Shown here piece by piece: positions 47,168 to 56,474 of a stretch of 58,391 nt of DNA (positions within the stretch are counted from its first letter, which is position 1; every line of letters starts with the position of its first letter). The position numbers were made by a program, and so were the translations under genes. The stretch covers positions 1-58,391 of IMG/VR virus record IMGVR_UViG_3300020580_000002; one strand, given 5' to 3'. Below the pieces are notes generated by a model. It ran no database searches and had not been told where the DNA came from. It saw only the letters and a program-made list of their open reading frames with translations. This DNA comes from a virus (lineage: Duplodnaviria > Caudoviricetes).

Positions 47168-47755
47168 TTAGTTCAACTCGATTTCAGGGTGTGCGTACTG
47201 GGTGCAGACCGTGTTCCATTGCGATTTGAAGGTCTTGATGGAGACGACCTTGGGGACGACAGTGAGTGGATGGCCAGCAATCATGGGGATGTGCTTCAGG
47301 CGGCCCACCGCAGGTGAAGGAGGCAGGTGCGTAGCGAACCCGGCGAGGATGTTTAGGATGACCGTCACGAGACCGGTGATGAGCGCGAGCAAGGGGGAGG
47401 CGCCAAGGGTGAGCGATGCGAGGAAGGTGCCAATGTTATCAATAACGTCCTGCAGGAGGAGTGAGACCTTCTCTAACAAGGTGGCTTTTTGGGCGGCAGG
47501 GGCGTTCTGCCATTCGCTGATGCCGCCTGAGAGGGCGGCGAAGGCAGCGAGGATGATGTTTAAGCCAGGAACGGTGATGCCTGCGGAGGCGAGAACGTTG
47601 AAGACACCCTTGATAGCGTTGACGCCTACAGGGATGTATTCGAGGATGCTGCTGATGCTGAAGGCGCAACCACCGGTGAAAAGGGCGGCGCCGCTGGTGA
47701 AGGTTAGCGAGGCTGCGCTAGCGCTGGTGAATTTGAGCCACGTGCGACGGTCCAT
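47168..47755 (-). CDS. Tat-exported lipoprotein/membrane protein
   Basis: MDRRTWLK twin-arginine motif; TGGC lipobox-like site; hydrophobic helices. Confidence 0.7.
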   Translation of the reverse strand: MDRRTWLKFTSASAASLTFTSGAALFTGGCAFSISSILEYIPVGVNAIKGVFNVLASAGITVPGLNIILAAFAALSGGISEWQNAPAAQKATLLEKVSLLLQDVIDNIGTFLASLTLGASPLLALITGLVTVILNILAGFATHLPPSPAVGRLKHIPMIAGHPLTVVPKVVSIKTFKSQWNTVCTQYAHPEIELN

Positions 47756-47871
47756 GTACACCTCGGTGACTACCCATTATTCCACGTGCTCTTGTCGGTG
47801 GTATAATTGACGCACTCCCTCTCTCGGCGTGCGCGTGTTCTGGTGAAGCCGTGAGCAGTCGCCCTAGAGTG

Positions 47872-48096
47872 TCACTTCGCAGGCTGGTTGTCTAGTCCCC
47901 TTTTGAACACTTTGTCGCTTGCTCGTGTGAAGGCGTCGTGCTCGGGGATGGAGATGCGCAGGGTCTTGCCGGGGGCGTATTGCATGATGTAGCTGGCTTC
48001 GCCTTGGAGGCCCACACCCATGCTCTTAAGGCGCCCGGCACGGCCGAGTTTTTGCAGCAGGCGCGTGTAGCCACTAGCGAATAGGTGAGAGGTCAT
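47872..48096 (-). CDS. Hypothetical protein
   Basis: ATGA coupling; GGAG SD. Confidence 0.5.
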   Translation of the reverse strand: MTSHLFASGYTRLLQKLGRAGRLKSMGVGLQGEASYIMQYAPGKTLRISIPEHDAFTRASDKVFKRGLDNQPAK

Positions 48097-48362
48097 GGGA
48101 TGCTCCAAATGAGTGCGGCCAAAATGGGACCGGCGCATAGGTACAGGAAGTCTTCGAGGTCGCTGCCGCGAGTGGCCATGTTTTCCATGCGCGGGTCCCA
48201 GATGAACTCGTGCACTAGGGCGTAGGCGAAGATGATGACAGACGAGCTGATCAGGCCGCGTGCGCCCCAGCGGTGCCCACAGGTAAAGGCGATGGCGTAG
48301 GTGGTTGAGACGTGCGCGAGCTGCGACACCTGGTTAAAAAAGCGCGGGGAGATATCGTTCAT
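48093..48362 (-). CDS. Small membrane protein
   Basis: AH..HEFIWD..DLED motif with three hydrophobic segments. Confidence 0.65.
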   Translation of the reverse strand: MNDISPRFFNQVSQLAHVSTTYAIAFTCGHRWGARGLISSSVIIFAYALVHEFIWDPRMENMATRGSDLEDFLYLCAGPILAALIWSIP

Positions 48363-48426
48363 CGGTGGGCGCCTTGGAGTACTAGTACGAAAATGAGCAC
48401 CAACTCTGCGCACATGAGCACCAGCA

Positions 48427-51147
48427 TTATCTCGCGATAGTTGCGGTTAAGCCAGTTTTCCATTCTTGCATGCCTCCTAAGTTGTCTTCAGCGAAGGGAG
48501 CAGCGTTGTCGCCCACGCTGACTTCGGCGCCAATGGTCAGCCCTTCGAGCTCGTCGATGGGCGAAGTCATCACGTCGTAGAGTGTTTGGGCGTATCGTCC
48601 CACGTGCTCATCCGGCACGTCGGCAATGATCGCGTCGTGGACAAGCAGGCAGAGCCAGGGGGCACACTCGGGCAGACGATGAAGCAGGCGCGCGACGATG
48701 ATGCGCTGGATGGCGGCGGCGGCGCTTTGGGGCTTGAAGGCCACGGCGCGCTTGGCGTCGTCGCCAAATTCCCACGATTGGCGGCGTGCGTTCCAAGCAT
48801 ACAGGCTGTAAAAACGATGGCGCAGGTTGAAGCCATTTTCGAGAGCCTTGTTCGCGTGCGCCAGCTCCACGGTGGCTTTCTGCCAGGCACGCACATCGAG
48901 GCCGGGCTCGCTGCCCAGGTAGAATTGCTGCAGCTTACCTGCTTCTTTCTCAGTGGCGAAGTCATCGGGGTATTCTTCATGAATGCGCCTCTTAGTACCT
49001 AAGTAGTTACTAAGGTGAATGACGCGCTTAATTTTCTCGTAGTCGGCTGGCCAGGTGCGCTTCGAGGCTTTGCATAGCTTGGTCAAAGTTGCGTCGTCTA
49101 AATCCAGCGAGATTGGCTGACCGTGAAGTGCCGATGTAAGCCAGCCATGCACTCCCGACTTTGCTAAGCGCATATACCGTGTCGAGTTCGCGAAGTACCC
49201 GACCAAGACGGCTTCTATCGCTGCAGAATCGCCCTCGACTATCTTGTGGCCCGGCGTGGCGACGATCATGCGTCTGAACAGGTGCGCGAGGTCGCTTCGC
49301 TTGGGGATGGTTTGCAGATTTTGATTGCGGCATGAGAGCCTCCAAGTGCTGGGATGAAACCCGAGAGTGTAGTGTACGCGGTCGTCAGCGTCCAGCGGCC
49401 ACTTGTAGGTGCTGACGAGTTTCCAACGTTCGCGGCATGCGAGAATGTGTTTGAAGACCGGGTACTTTTTGACGTAGTGTGAGAGCGTTTTCTTGTCCGT
49501 AGCGAGCGCTTCTTCATCGGTCTCCTTGGTGGTGTCGCGTGGCGGGAGTTTGATGCCCAGGTGTTTAGCGAGGCGCTGGATTTGCTGCCAGGAGTCTACG
49601 TTGAATTCCAAGCGGCGCATGTAGCGGTAAGGCGTCGCGCTCGCGAGTTTCGCTGCACTCTCGACGTAATGGAGCGAAGAACCGTCATCGGTTCTGAGCG
49701 ACTCCTGATTTGCGGGCACCGGTTCGTGCAGGTCGGCCAGTAGCGCGCCTAGTTTGTCTCCGACTGCTGCCAGTATTTCCTGCTGCGCTGGCGGTAGCAG
49801 TGGTAGTTCCTCGACACCTGCCATGTCCTTCGGGGGGCGCTTCCACATTTTGACAGGTCGGACGGCGTCAGGTACCAGGGCTTGCACCTTCGCGTTTTCG
49901 ATATCCCATTCGGCTTCAAGGCGGGCCATGAACTCAGCTTGGTAGGCGCGGTCGATGCGCAGGCCCTTTTTGCCCATGCGCTGGAGGACCGGGTCGAAGT
50001 CGGTGCAATGGCGCTCAAATGATGACCACCGCCCCTGAGCGATGAGAGCTGCGCGCGTACCTAAGTAGCAGTCGTTTCCAATCGCGTTGTCGAGCGCGTT
50101 GTACCGGCCGGGTTCCGCCGCGTTCAAGTGCTTCCATGGCGGGCCTGCATAGAAGAACGGTGCTACCAGTCCTAACCCTTTCCGTAAATCGCTCTGCAAC
50201 CAATGCCACGCCCACATCCCCGACACAACCTTTGCAGGGATAGATAGACCGGCCGCAGCAAGGCGGCGCGTGTCGTAGTGGTTGTCTGCCCATTCGACTA
50301 CCTCCTCTGCGCGAGAGAGGGCGTCGCGCATGATTGATATGTATGGTTCTTCCCACGGGAACGAACAGGCAGTCCCTTGGCGCACGCTGAACCCTGCGCG
50401 GACGATGGTGTACGATGGCCCCTTCTCGTCCAGGTCTTCTTCGTCTAGCGAGCTGCTCTCTGGCGTTTCAATGTCAACAAACAGGCTCCCAATTCGAGGG
50501 CCCGCGCTAGCAACGTACGCTTTAAGATCAGCAGGAGGTACATCGACCAGCAGCGTATAAGCAGTGTCATGGTAGGTGCCGTCTGCAATCTGTCCAGCAC
50601 GCTGGAGTGCCCAGAGGACGACCGGCACGAGACTTTGCTTTCCACGCAAGAGGTAAGCCGGATGAAAAGTTGGTACAGCCGGTATTCCATATGGAGTAGG
50701 TAGTACATAGCCTGCTCGCTCCTCAATGCCCGAGACGCCGCAGACGCGCCGGAGGGCCACGTTGCCCATCGGGACGATGACGCGGGGGCGGCGCTGTTCG
50801 ATTAGCTCATCCAGATTTGGTCGGCAGTGCTCGATGGCCGTGACCGCTTCAGGGTGCGGTCGGTCCATCCAACCTAGATATTTCGGGGCGCAGAAGATGC
50901 TGTTGGCAACGGTCAGGTCGTTGCGCTGCATACCGCCGCCTGGCATCAACGAGAGGATGCGGTCAAGGAGCCTACCTGCTGCTCCGGCGAAGACTCGCCC
51001 GGCCGCTAGCTCATCCTTCCAGACGCTGTCCCCGACCAACATGACACCACTGGAGCCACTCCCATCAGGGCCAATGAAGCGCTGACCATGCGCTGAGTGG
51101 GGACAGGAATCGCAAAACTTACCGTTAGGGGGCATAGAGGTCTGCAC
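48427..51147 (-). CDS. Family A DNA polymerase with N-terminal family-4 UDG-like domain and 3'-5' exonuclease
   Basis: UDG: CDSC, NSIFCAP, TFHPAYLLR; ExoI FVDIET, ExoIII YNALD; TWRLS..NLQTIP; motif A GDSAAIE; motif B KRVIHLSNYLG; motif C VHDAI. Confidence 0.93.
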   Translation of the reverse strand: MQTSMPPNGKFCDSCPHSAHGQRFIGPDGSGSSGVMLVGDSVWKDELAAGRVFAGAAGRLLDRILSLMPGGGMQRNDLTVANSIFCAPKYLGWMDRPHPEAVTAIEHCRPNLDELIEQRRPRVIVPMGNVALRRVCGVSGIEERAGYVLPTPYGIPAVPTFHPAYLLRGKQSLVPVVLWALQRAGQIADGTYHDTAYTLLVDVPPADLKAYVASAGPRIGSLFVDIETPESSSLDEEDLDEKGPSYTIVRAGFSVRQGTACSFPWEEPYISIMRDALSRAEEVVEWADNHYDTRRLAAAGLSIPAKVVSGMWAWHWLQSDLRKGLGLVAPFFYAGPPWKHLNAAEPGRYNALDNAIGNDCYLGTRAALIAQGRWSSFERHCTDFDPVLQRMGKKGLRIDRAYQAEFMARLEAEWDIENAKVQALVPDAVRPVKMWKRPPKDMAGVEELPLLPPAQQEILAAVGDKLGALLADLHEPVPANQESLRTDDGSSLHYVESAAKLASATPYRYMRRLEFNVDSWQQIQRLAKHLGIKLPPRDTTKETDEEALATDKKTLSHYVKKYPVFKHILACRERWKLVSTYKWPLDADDRVHYTLGFHPSTWRLSCRNQNLQTIPKRSDLAHLFRRMIVATPGHKIVEGDSAAIEAVLVGYFANSTRYMRLAKSGVHGWLTSALHGQPISLDLDDATLTKLCKASKRTWPADYEKIKRVIHLSNYLGTKRRIHEEYPDDFATEKEAGKLQQFYLGSEPGLDVRAWQKATVELAHANKALENGFNLRHRFYSLYAWNARRQSWEFGDDAKRAVAFKPQSAAAAIQRIIVARLLHRLPECAPWLCLLVHDAIIADVPDEHVGRYAQTLYDVMTSPIDELEGLTIGAEVSVGDNAAPFAEDNLGGMQEWKTGLTATIAR

Positions 51148-51220
51148 CTGCTACGAGTCGCTTCGAGGCCGAAGTACGGCCTCTCGCTCCATTACGTTGA
51201 CGACGCATGCGAAAAATGAA

Positions 51221-51257
51221 AGGGCACAAGCCGTCATCTCTGTGACACTTGTGCCCC
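51221..51257 (-). terminator. Stem-loop between the SSB-like gene and the polymerase
   Basis: GGGCACAAG..CTTGTGCCC followed by TTTCATTTTT on the minus strand. Confidence 0.55.
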
Positions 51258-51282
51258 TCCCTGCTTAGCCCATGGCGGCAGG

Positions 51283-51945
51283 CTAAGATGTTGCTGAAGC
51301 TGCTGACTCAGGCTTCTGCGAAAAGTAGCGAATGAATTCCACCTGCCCATAGCTCTTAGGCGTGGCCGGGTTAGCAGCAGCACACTTGGGGCACACCACG
51401 CTGGGCTCCAGATTGCCGCTGGCGTCCTTGGGCCACGCCTCGTCCTTGATACCCTTGCGCTTGCGCGGCGACGTTGAGATGGTTAGACCATGTGTTTTGC
51501 AATAGAAGCGCCACGCGGCTTCACCTCTGCCCCTAGCATGACCATTGCTGCTCATCAGCACCCTGGTGATGTCTTCATAGCTGGGGCGCTCAGGGATTTG
51601 CGTGTGTAGGCCAACGCTGCGGAGGAACTCTCCCATGCTGCTGATGGCCACTTTCTCGTGCTTGTAGGTGCTCACGCGCTGGTACGTAACCTTGGCGTTG
51701 TCCTTGCCGGGCACGATGACGTCGAAGTCGAGGATGGCTTGTAGGTGCTTGTGGCCATCGACAACAACCTTGTCGAACCCGCCCACGCCTGCGTCTGACC
51801 GCAGCGAGGGGATGAATTCGTATACGCCGGGCTGGATAGATGGTGCGTACTGCCCGGCTTCAGGCGCGTTCCAGTCGAACTCAACGGGTGCGTCTTCGTG
51901 TCCCAACTCTGCCAACAATTGCTCTAAGCTGAAATCACTGCTCAC
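51283..51945 (-). CDS. Putative ssDNA-binding protein (DUF669-like position)
   Basis: IQPGVYEF motif; lies between the Sak4-like ATPase and the polymerase; AGGAGG SD. Confidence 0.5.
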   Translation of the reverse strand: MSSDFSLEQLLAELGHEDAPVEFDWNAPEAGQYAPSIQPGVYEFIPSLRSDAGVGGFDKVVVDGHKHLQAILDFDVIVPGKDNAKVTYQRVSTYKHEKVAISSMGEFLRSVGLHTQIPERPSYEDITRVLMSSNGHARGRGEAAWRFYCKTHGLTISTSPRKRKGIKDEAWPKDASGNLEPSVVCPKCAAANPATPKSYGQVEFIRYFSQKPESAASATS

Positions 51946-51959
51946 TTTGTTCCTCCTAT

Positions 51960-52142
51960 TTACTTCAGATTGCGTAGCGATTCGGGCAGGGTAGTACCTG
52001 CTTCCCGCGTCCGCTTGCTAGGGAACTTCTTCACCGCTTCTTGGTAAGCGGCTTCAATGACATCTGGCCTGTTGACACGCAGCCACTTTTTGGCCAAGCT
52101 CCATTGGTAGTTGCTGCGCGTTGCACTTGTAGCGTTGCTCAC
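51960..52142 (-). CDS. Hypothetical protein
   Basis: GTGA coupling; AGGAG SD. Confidence 0.6.
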   Translation of the reverse strand: MSNATSATRSNYQWSLAKKWLRVNRPDVIEAAYQEAVKKFPSKRTREAGTTLPESLRNLK

Positions 52143-53113
52143 TTGCTTACTCCTGTTGCTGCTTGTCTTGCTGCTTTCTCACGAATGGCGGCGATAGCTC
52201 TCGCTCCCATGTCGTCAAGTTTGGTATAGAACTGATAGATGTCTGGCTCCATCACGTCAGCCCACTCGGACCAGAGCTGATACGGTCCGCGCGGCTTCGC
52301 CAGGAAGGGTGTACGGTAGGGGTCGTCAGGGTCAACGTGCTCGCGAAGGTACATCATGGGCACCCGGCGGACCACCTTAATCTTCTTGCCCTTGTTCACC
52401 GGGTCGTCCACTTCGACTTCGCGTGGGGTGAGGAAGAGGTGCAGCATAGCACCGAACCATGCGCCGCATTGGCCCGTAAGGGCTTGGCCAATAACTGCCG
52501 GTCCATATATCTTACGGTTACTGTTGTCTTGTGCATCGGTCTCATGCGCTGTCCAGAGCACCTTTGCCACTGGCAGATGGTTCGCTGTTGAGACAGTCTC
52601 GTAGATACGCTGCTGGATGAACCCGTAGTGAGCGCGTCCTGAAAACCCCCAGCGCATCGCGTCGTCCTTGACGAATGACTCTTTGGGCGTCTCAGGGATG
52701 TGAATGTCTTGGCGTTGCAATAGGTCTGACATGATGAGCGTCGATAGCGTGCTCAACCCTTCGAACCCATACGCCGCCACTTCAGCGTGCTTGTTGGCGC
52801 TGTCAGTCGGCGGCAGCAACTTCGAGTGCTCATCTTTCGGGTCGGCTGGCCACCAGCCTTGCGTCAGTCTGGTGATGGTCTCTAGTGGGAACTTGCGCGT
52901 GTTGGTGAGTAGGAATGGTTCAACGATGCCCTCTTCGACCAGTACGTCGATAGTAGACCACCCGTTCGGGTCGGCGCTGACGAGCCTGGTCTTGAGCCCG
53001 TACTTGTCACGTGCATACTCGGCCATGCGACCTACCTGCGACGTCTTTGTCGCGCCCGTTCGACCGTAGCAGAGGTCGGATTTCGGCCCTAGTGATATGG
53101 CTTTACGGTCCAT
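52139..53113 (-). CDS. Sak4/AAA_24-like P-loop ATPase
   Basis: YGRTGATKT, FEGLSTL, LWTAHE, YGP..IGQAL. Confidence 0.75.
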   Translation of the reverse strand: MDRKAISLGPKSDLCYGRTGATKTSQVGRMAEYARDKYGLKTRLVSADPNGWSTIDVLVEEGIVEPFLLTNTRKFPLETITRLTQGWWPADPKDEHSKLLPPTDSANKHAEVAAYGFEGLSTLSTLIMSDLLQRQDIHIPETPKESFVKDDAMRWGFSGRAHYGFIQQRIYETVSTANHLPVAKVLWTAHETDAQDNSNRKIYGPAVIGQALTGQCGAWFGAMLHLFLTPREVEVDDPVNKGKKIKVVRRVPMMYLREHVDPDDPYRTPFLAKPRGPYQLWSEWADVMEPDIYQFYTKLDDMGARAIAAIREKAARQAATGVSK

Positions 53114-53286
53114 CAGGCACTCTGCTCCTGCTCACGCACTACTACCACTTGGCCTTTGTATACGTAGAAGTCCTGTGCGTTCAGTGGGTGTATCGTTGCG
53201 GGCGCAGCATCTTGGCCATCAGGCCGTTGCAGGTCTACCACGACTGGTTGCGGTCCGTAGTTGACAACATGGATGCGTGTAGTCAT
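53113..53286 (-). CDS. 57-aa hypothetical protein (absent from the ORF track)
   Basis: MTTRIHVVNYGPQPVVVD..QSA; ATGA and TGATG coupling on both sides. Confidence 0.65.
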   Translation of the reverse strand: MTTRIHVVNYGPQPVVVDLQRPDGQDAAPATIHPLNAQDFYVYKGQVVVVREQEQSA

Positions 53287-53465
53287 GCGGCCTTCCTGCG
53301 GCCACGTCTGGCGATACGTTCCTTGATGGCCTTGCGGCTAATCTGCCACCGGTTGTTAACCTTTTTAGCGGCCAGTTTTCCTGCTAGTACCAATCGTTGT
53401 GCTGCGTCGATTGAGATATTCAGCGCTCTCGCCGCTTGCGATGTGCTCAGAGCTTTGAGCTTCAT
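53283..53465 (-). CDS. HTH_17/excisionase-like DNA-binding protein
   Basis: LSTSQAARALNIS..GKLAAKKVNNRWQI. Confidence 0.8.
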   Translation of the reverse strand: MKLKALSTSQAARALNISIDAAQRLVLAGKLAAKKVNNRWQISRKAIKERIARRGRRKAA

Positions 53466-53745
53466 TCGTTGGAGTCTCCTGTACTGCGGGTGCTGAATTT
53501 GCCATAGCAGCAGCACCGCTGTCAAGTGGATTCTGCAACGAAAAAGTACCGGTACGCTCCACACCGCGCTGCATCTGCTGCACAATCTCGTTGACGGCCC
53601 ACACTAGCACCTTTGACACGGCATAGACCTCAGCGCTAACCACGTCAGGGTCGCGGTCGCGGCGTGGGTCTACGATGGCCACGATGCGGCGCTTGACCTC
53701 CTGACTAATCTTTTCGAGCATGCGCTCTTTGTCGTCAGTTGTCAT
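53365..53745 (-). CDS. Hypothetical protein
   Basis: Helical 5' half; 3' end overlaps the HTH gene. Confidence 0.45.
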   Translation of the reverse strand: MTTDDKERMLEKISQEVKRRIVAIVDPRRDRDPDVVSAEVYAVSKVLVWAVNEIVQQMQRGVERTGTFSLQNPLDSGAAAMANSAPAVQETPTNEAQSSEHIASGESAEYLNRRSTTIGTSRKTGR

Positions 53746-53959
53746 AGGGCTGCTTTCGGTCAGGGTTGTCGCCATGCGGATTATTAATGTAGCGCTCCAG
53801 CGGGCTGTTGTCACTGGTTGGCCCGGCGAGGCGCTCGGCCATGGCTGATAGGGAAGCGGCGAGTTGCCTGTTGTTCAGCCTCATGTCCTGGCCCTGTCGG
53901 CAAATGTCCACGAACAGGGCTTGGATGCGGTTGAGTTGGTCTCCTGACAATATGCTCAC
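53735..53959 (-). CDS. Hypothetical protein
   Basis: Coupled ORF. Confidence 0.55.
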   Translation of the reverse strand: MSILSGDQLNRIQALFVDICRQGQDMRLNNRQLAASLSAMAERLAGPTSDNSPLERYINNPHGDNPDRKQPYDN

Positions 53960-54420
53960 TTAGCCTTCACCCTTTCGCCACTGCGCAACATGGCGCGAAT
54001 GCCGGTGGTGTAGTGTCTGAACCGGGGCTTGCCAGGTTTGCGCCTGTCACCATTCTTTTCACTGCCCTGCCTGCTTCCAAGGCGGTGCGACTTGCGTGGC
54101 GCAATGAGCTGGTATTCACCTTCGGCGAATCCTGCTTTGCGGTCAAACGATACTACCTCACGCGACACGCTTTCGGGCAGGTGATAACGGGTAGCGCCTT
54201 CTTTTTGGATGACGTACACAGTGTGCACGCTCACGATGACACCACGGGCCTTGAACTTGCGCTGGCACGCACGGGCAAAGGCGCAGTGGCTATGGTCTTT
54301 TACTGAGCCGCCAGAGCTGTCTTCGCGCGTAACCTCCAGCACCATGTTCTCATCACCGTCATGCACTTCGGTGACGCTTGGAAAGTATTTCTGTACCAGA
54401 CCTAATGCGTGATTAGCCAT
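53956..54420 (-). CDS. Hypothetical protein
   Basis: AAGGAGG SD before ATG 54420; CAFARAC..RY.LP..SFDR motif. Confidence 0.75.
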   Translation of the reverse strand: MANHALGLVQKYFPSVTEVHDGDENMVLEVTREDSSGGSVKDHSHCAFARACQRKFKARGVIVSVHTVYVIQKEGATRYHLPESVSREVVSFDRKAGFAEGEYQLIAPRKSHRLGSRQGSEKNGDRRKPGKPRFRHYTTGIRAMLRSGERVKAK

Positions 54421-54625
54421 TGTGTTCCTCCTTTTGTACGAACATATCGACATCCATTTGCCGCTGGAACGACGATTCAAAGTCATCTAGCGCTTGTTTC
54501 AAAGTGGTGCCTGTTGAGCCTACTTGCTGCTCACCATCCTTCCACCATGCGAACGCTCGCAACGCTTCACGGTAGCCGTCGTGGTAGCCATTTGCGTTAG
54601 GCCAGCGGTGCGCCTTTGAAGGACC

Positions 54626-55126
54626 TCACGACTCCTCCTTTTGTAACGCTCCAACTGCTTGCAGCTTCTCGTCATACGACATGCGCGCCCACAGCAGGTC
54701 CAGGGTGCGCGACATCAGGCGCTCGTCTGCCTGAGCTACTGTCTCAGCCCCTAGCACGATGGGCTGGATGCGGCGCTGGGTGCGTTTGATGGGTGCGGCG
54801 CCATTCATGTGGGCCCTTTTCTTCAGGTAGTAGCCAACATTCGAGGAGTTGGTGCCTACCTTGGCGGCAATCTGCCCATAGCTAAGGCCGCGAGCGCGCA
54901 GCTTAAGGATGCGTTGATGGCGCTTGTCGCGGGCTTTGGCGGCTGCACTAGGGCCCTTGTGCACCTTGGGCCTGCCACCCGGCGGTTGGTTGTTAAGCAG
55001 CCTCGCAATGGTAGATACTGACCTGCCAAACTTCGCGGCCAGCTCGTGGTAGTTCAGTTTCTCCTCAATACGTGCCTCTCTGATGGCGACCTTCTCGTCA
55101 TCGGTTAGGTACCTTGCACTTGGCAT
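54626..55126 (-). CDS. Double-HTH DNA-binding protein
   Basis: YHELAAKFGRSVSTIARLL and GLSYGQIAAKVG. Confidence 0.8.
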   Translation of the reverse strand: MPSARYLTDDEKVAIREARIEEKLNYHELAAKFGRSVSTIARLLNNQPPGGRPKVHKGPSAAAKARDKRHQRILKLRARGLSYGQIAAKVGTNSSNVGYYLKKRAHMNGAAPIKRTQRRIQPIVLGAETVAQADERLMSRTLDLLWARMSYDEKLQAVGALQKEES

Positions 55127-56410
55127 TTATGTTTCCTCCCTTTCTTGGCCATGGTGAGGGCGGCGCGGCCGGTAGTTAGCTGCATACGGGTCTGACGCCG
55201 CCGACCCATGACAAAGGTCGTACATCGAACATTTACCAGGTCGTAAACAGTTGCCTGATGACGTGGACATTGGAAAGTGCGCATCAAGGAGCAGGTCGAT
55301 GTCAGGATGCACAGGCCCCTTGTCGTCATCGGTGCATGCTAACTGTTTGTAGTGGATGTCTACTTCGCGCTGAAGCACCTGACGCTTCCAACGTTCGATT
55401 GCGTAGGGAGAGCGCATGATAGGTGGCAACTCGATGATCTGATTCTGCACAATGCTGTCGTCAGTCTCCAGCAGGTTGTCTATCCAGCCCAGGATGCCAC
55501 CAAGGTATTCGGTGGTAGGCACCTTGCGAGCGCCAGCCAGCTTGTGGTCCTTGTCACCGGGACACTGTTTGCCGGAGCCCATTTTGTGTGGCGCGGTGCA
55601 GTGCCATTCGTAGCGGGGGTACCATTCGTCATGGCCAAAGGGAGCGTCACCTTTACGTACCCACGCATACAACAGCGGCGTGTTGTGGTAAAACTTGCCG
55701 CTGCCGCGCGGGTAGTCGAGCACCGAGCCGGTGACCAGGCCGTCGATGATGACACCAGCGCAGGTGGGACCATAGTCGGCAGGCATGGCTTCGTCGGCGA
55801 GCCATTGGTCGACCGCGAGAGGTTCGGTCAACGTCTGCATGTCCAAGGCCCACTGCTCACGCCAGGTGGTACGCGGTTCGCGGGTGGTCTTGATGTTGCG
55901 AATGAACACCGAACCATCACTGCGTCGGCGCCAGATGATGTCAGGCCGGGTCATCAGCCTGACGATATCGCTGCCAACACTGAAGTCAACATCCATCTCG
56001 CGCTCCACCGCAAGAATCTCGCCGTCGCGCATGAGGTCTGGCAGCCTGACGCGCACCCATGCATACGTGAGGGCCATCGAGATGTTGCGCCCTTCGATGA
56101 CTTCAACTTGCTGTTGTTCCGGCAGCCCCGCCCAAGCGATGCCCTCATCAGCCAGGTGTTTGTCAAAGCTGCCAGCCGCAAAGCCTGCCGCGAGTGCAGC
56201 CAGGTTGAGTGCACCAGCGCTCACGTCACCTATGTGCGTGAGGGCAAACTCAATGCCATCATGAACACCGGTGCCGATGCGCGCATCCAGCTTGAGGCCC
56301 CTCTCGTCTGATGGTTCGAGGCCGGTGCCGTCATGCTCGTAGCGCCAATAGCGCAAACGATTGCACTTCTCAAAACTCTCGATGCGGCTGCGGTCCGTTT
56401 TAATCAACAT
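55127..56410 (-). CDS. PD-(D/E)XK (Cas4/RecB-like) exonuclease
   Basis: SRIESFEKCNR, GTGVH, AVE, RPDII, IRNIKT; C-terminal C..KCSMYDLC. Confidence 0.8.
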   Translation of the reverse strand: MLIKTDRSRIESFEKCNRLRYWRYEHDGTGLEPSDERGLKLDARIGTGVHDGIEFALTHIGDVSAGALNLAALAAGFAAGSFDKHLADEGIAWAGLPEQQQVEVIEGRNISMALTYAWVRVRLPDLMRDGEILAVEREMDVDFSVGSDIVRLMTRPDIIWRRRSDGSVFIRNIKTTREPRTTWREQWALDMQTLTEPLAVDQWLADEAMPADYGPTCAGVIIDGLVTGSVLDYPRGSGKFYHNTPLLYAWVRKGDAPFGHDEWYPRYEWHCTAPHKMGSGKQCPGDKDHKLAGARKVPTTEYLGGILGWIDNLLETDDSIVQNQIIELPPIMRSPYAIERWKRQVLQREVDIHYKQLACTDDDKGPVHPDIDLLLDAHFPMSTSSGNCLRPGKCSMYDLCHGSAASDPYAANYRPRRPHHGQEREET

Positions 56411-56415
56411 GTGCC

Positions 56416-56474
56416 AACCTGCTGCACAGAAACCAGGAGTCACCTGCCGACCTGCTGCACCAAACCCAGGAGTC
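56416..56474. repeat. Imperfect 33-nt-period tandem duplication
   Basis: ACCTGCTGCACAGAAACCAGGAGTC and ACCTGCTGCACCAAACCCAGGAGTC. Confidence 0.7.

Noticed and set aside
53283-53465. Excisionase implying a temperate integrating phage
   Set aside because: No tyrosine or serine integrase was recognised; this HTH class is also common as a regulator
56416-56474. Possible mini-CRISPR array
   Set aside because: Only two imperfect copies separated by ~8 nt, with no spacer-sized unique segments and no cas genes
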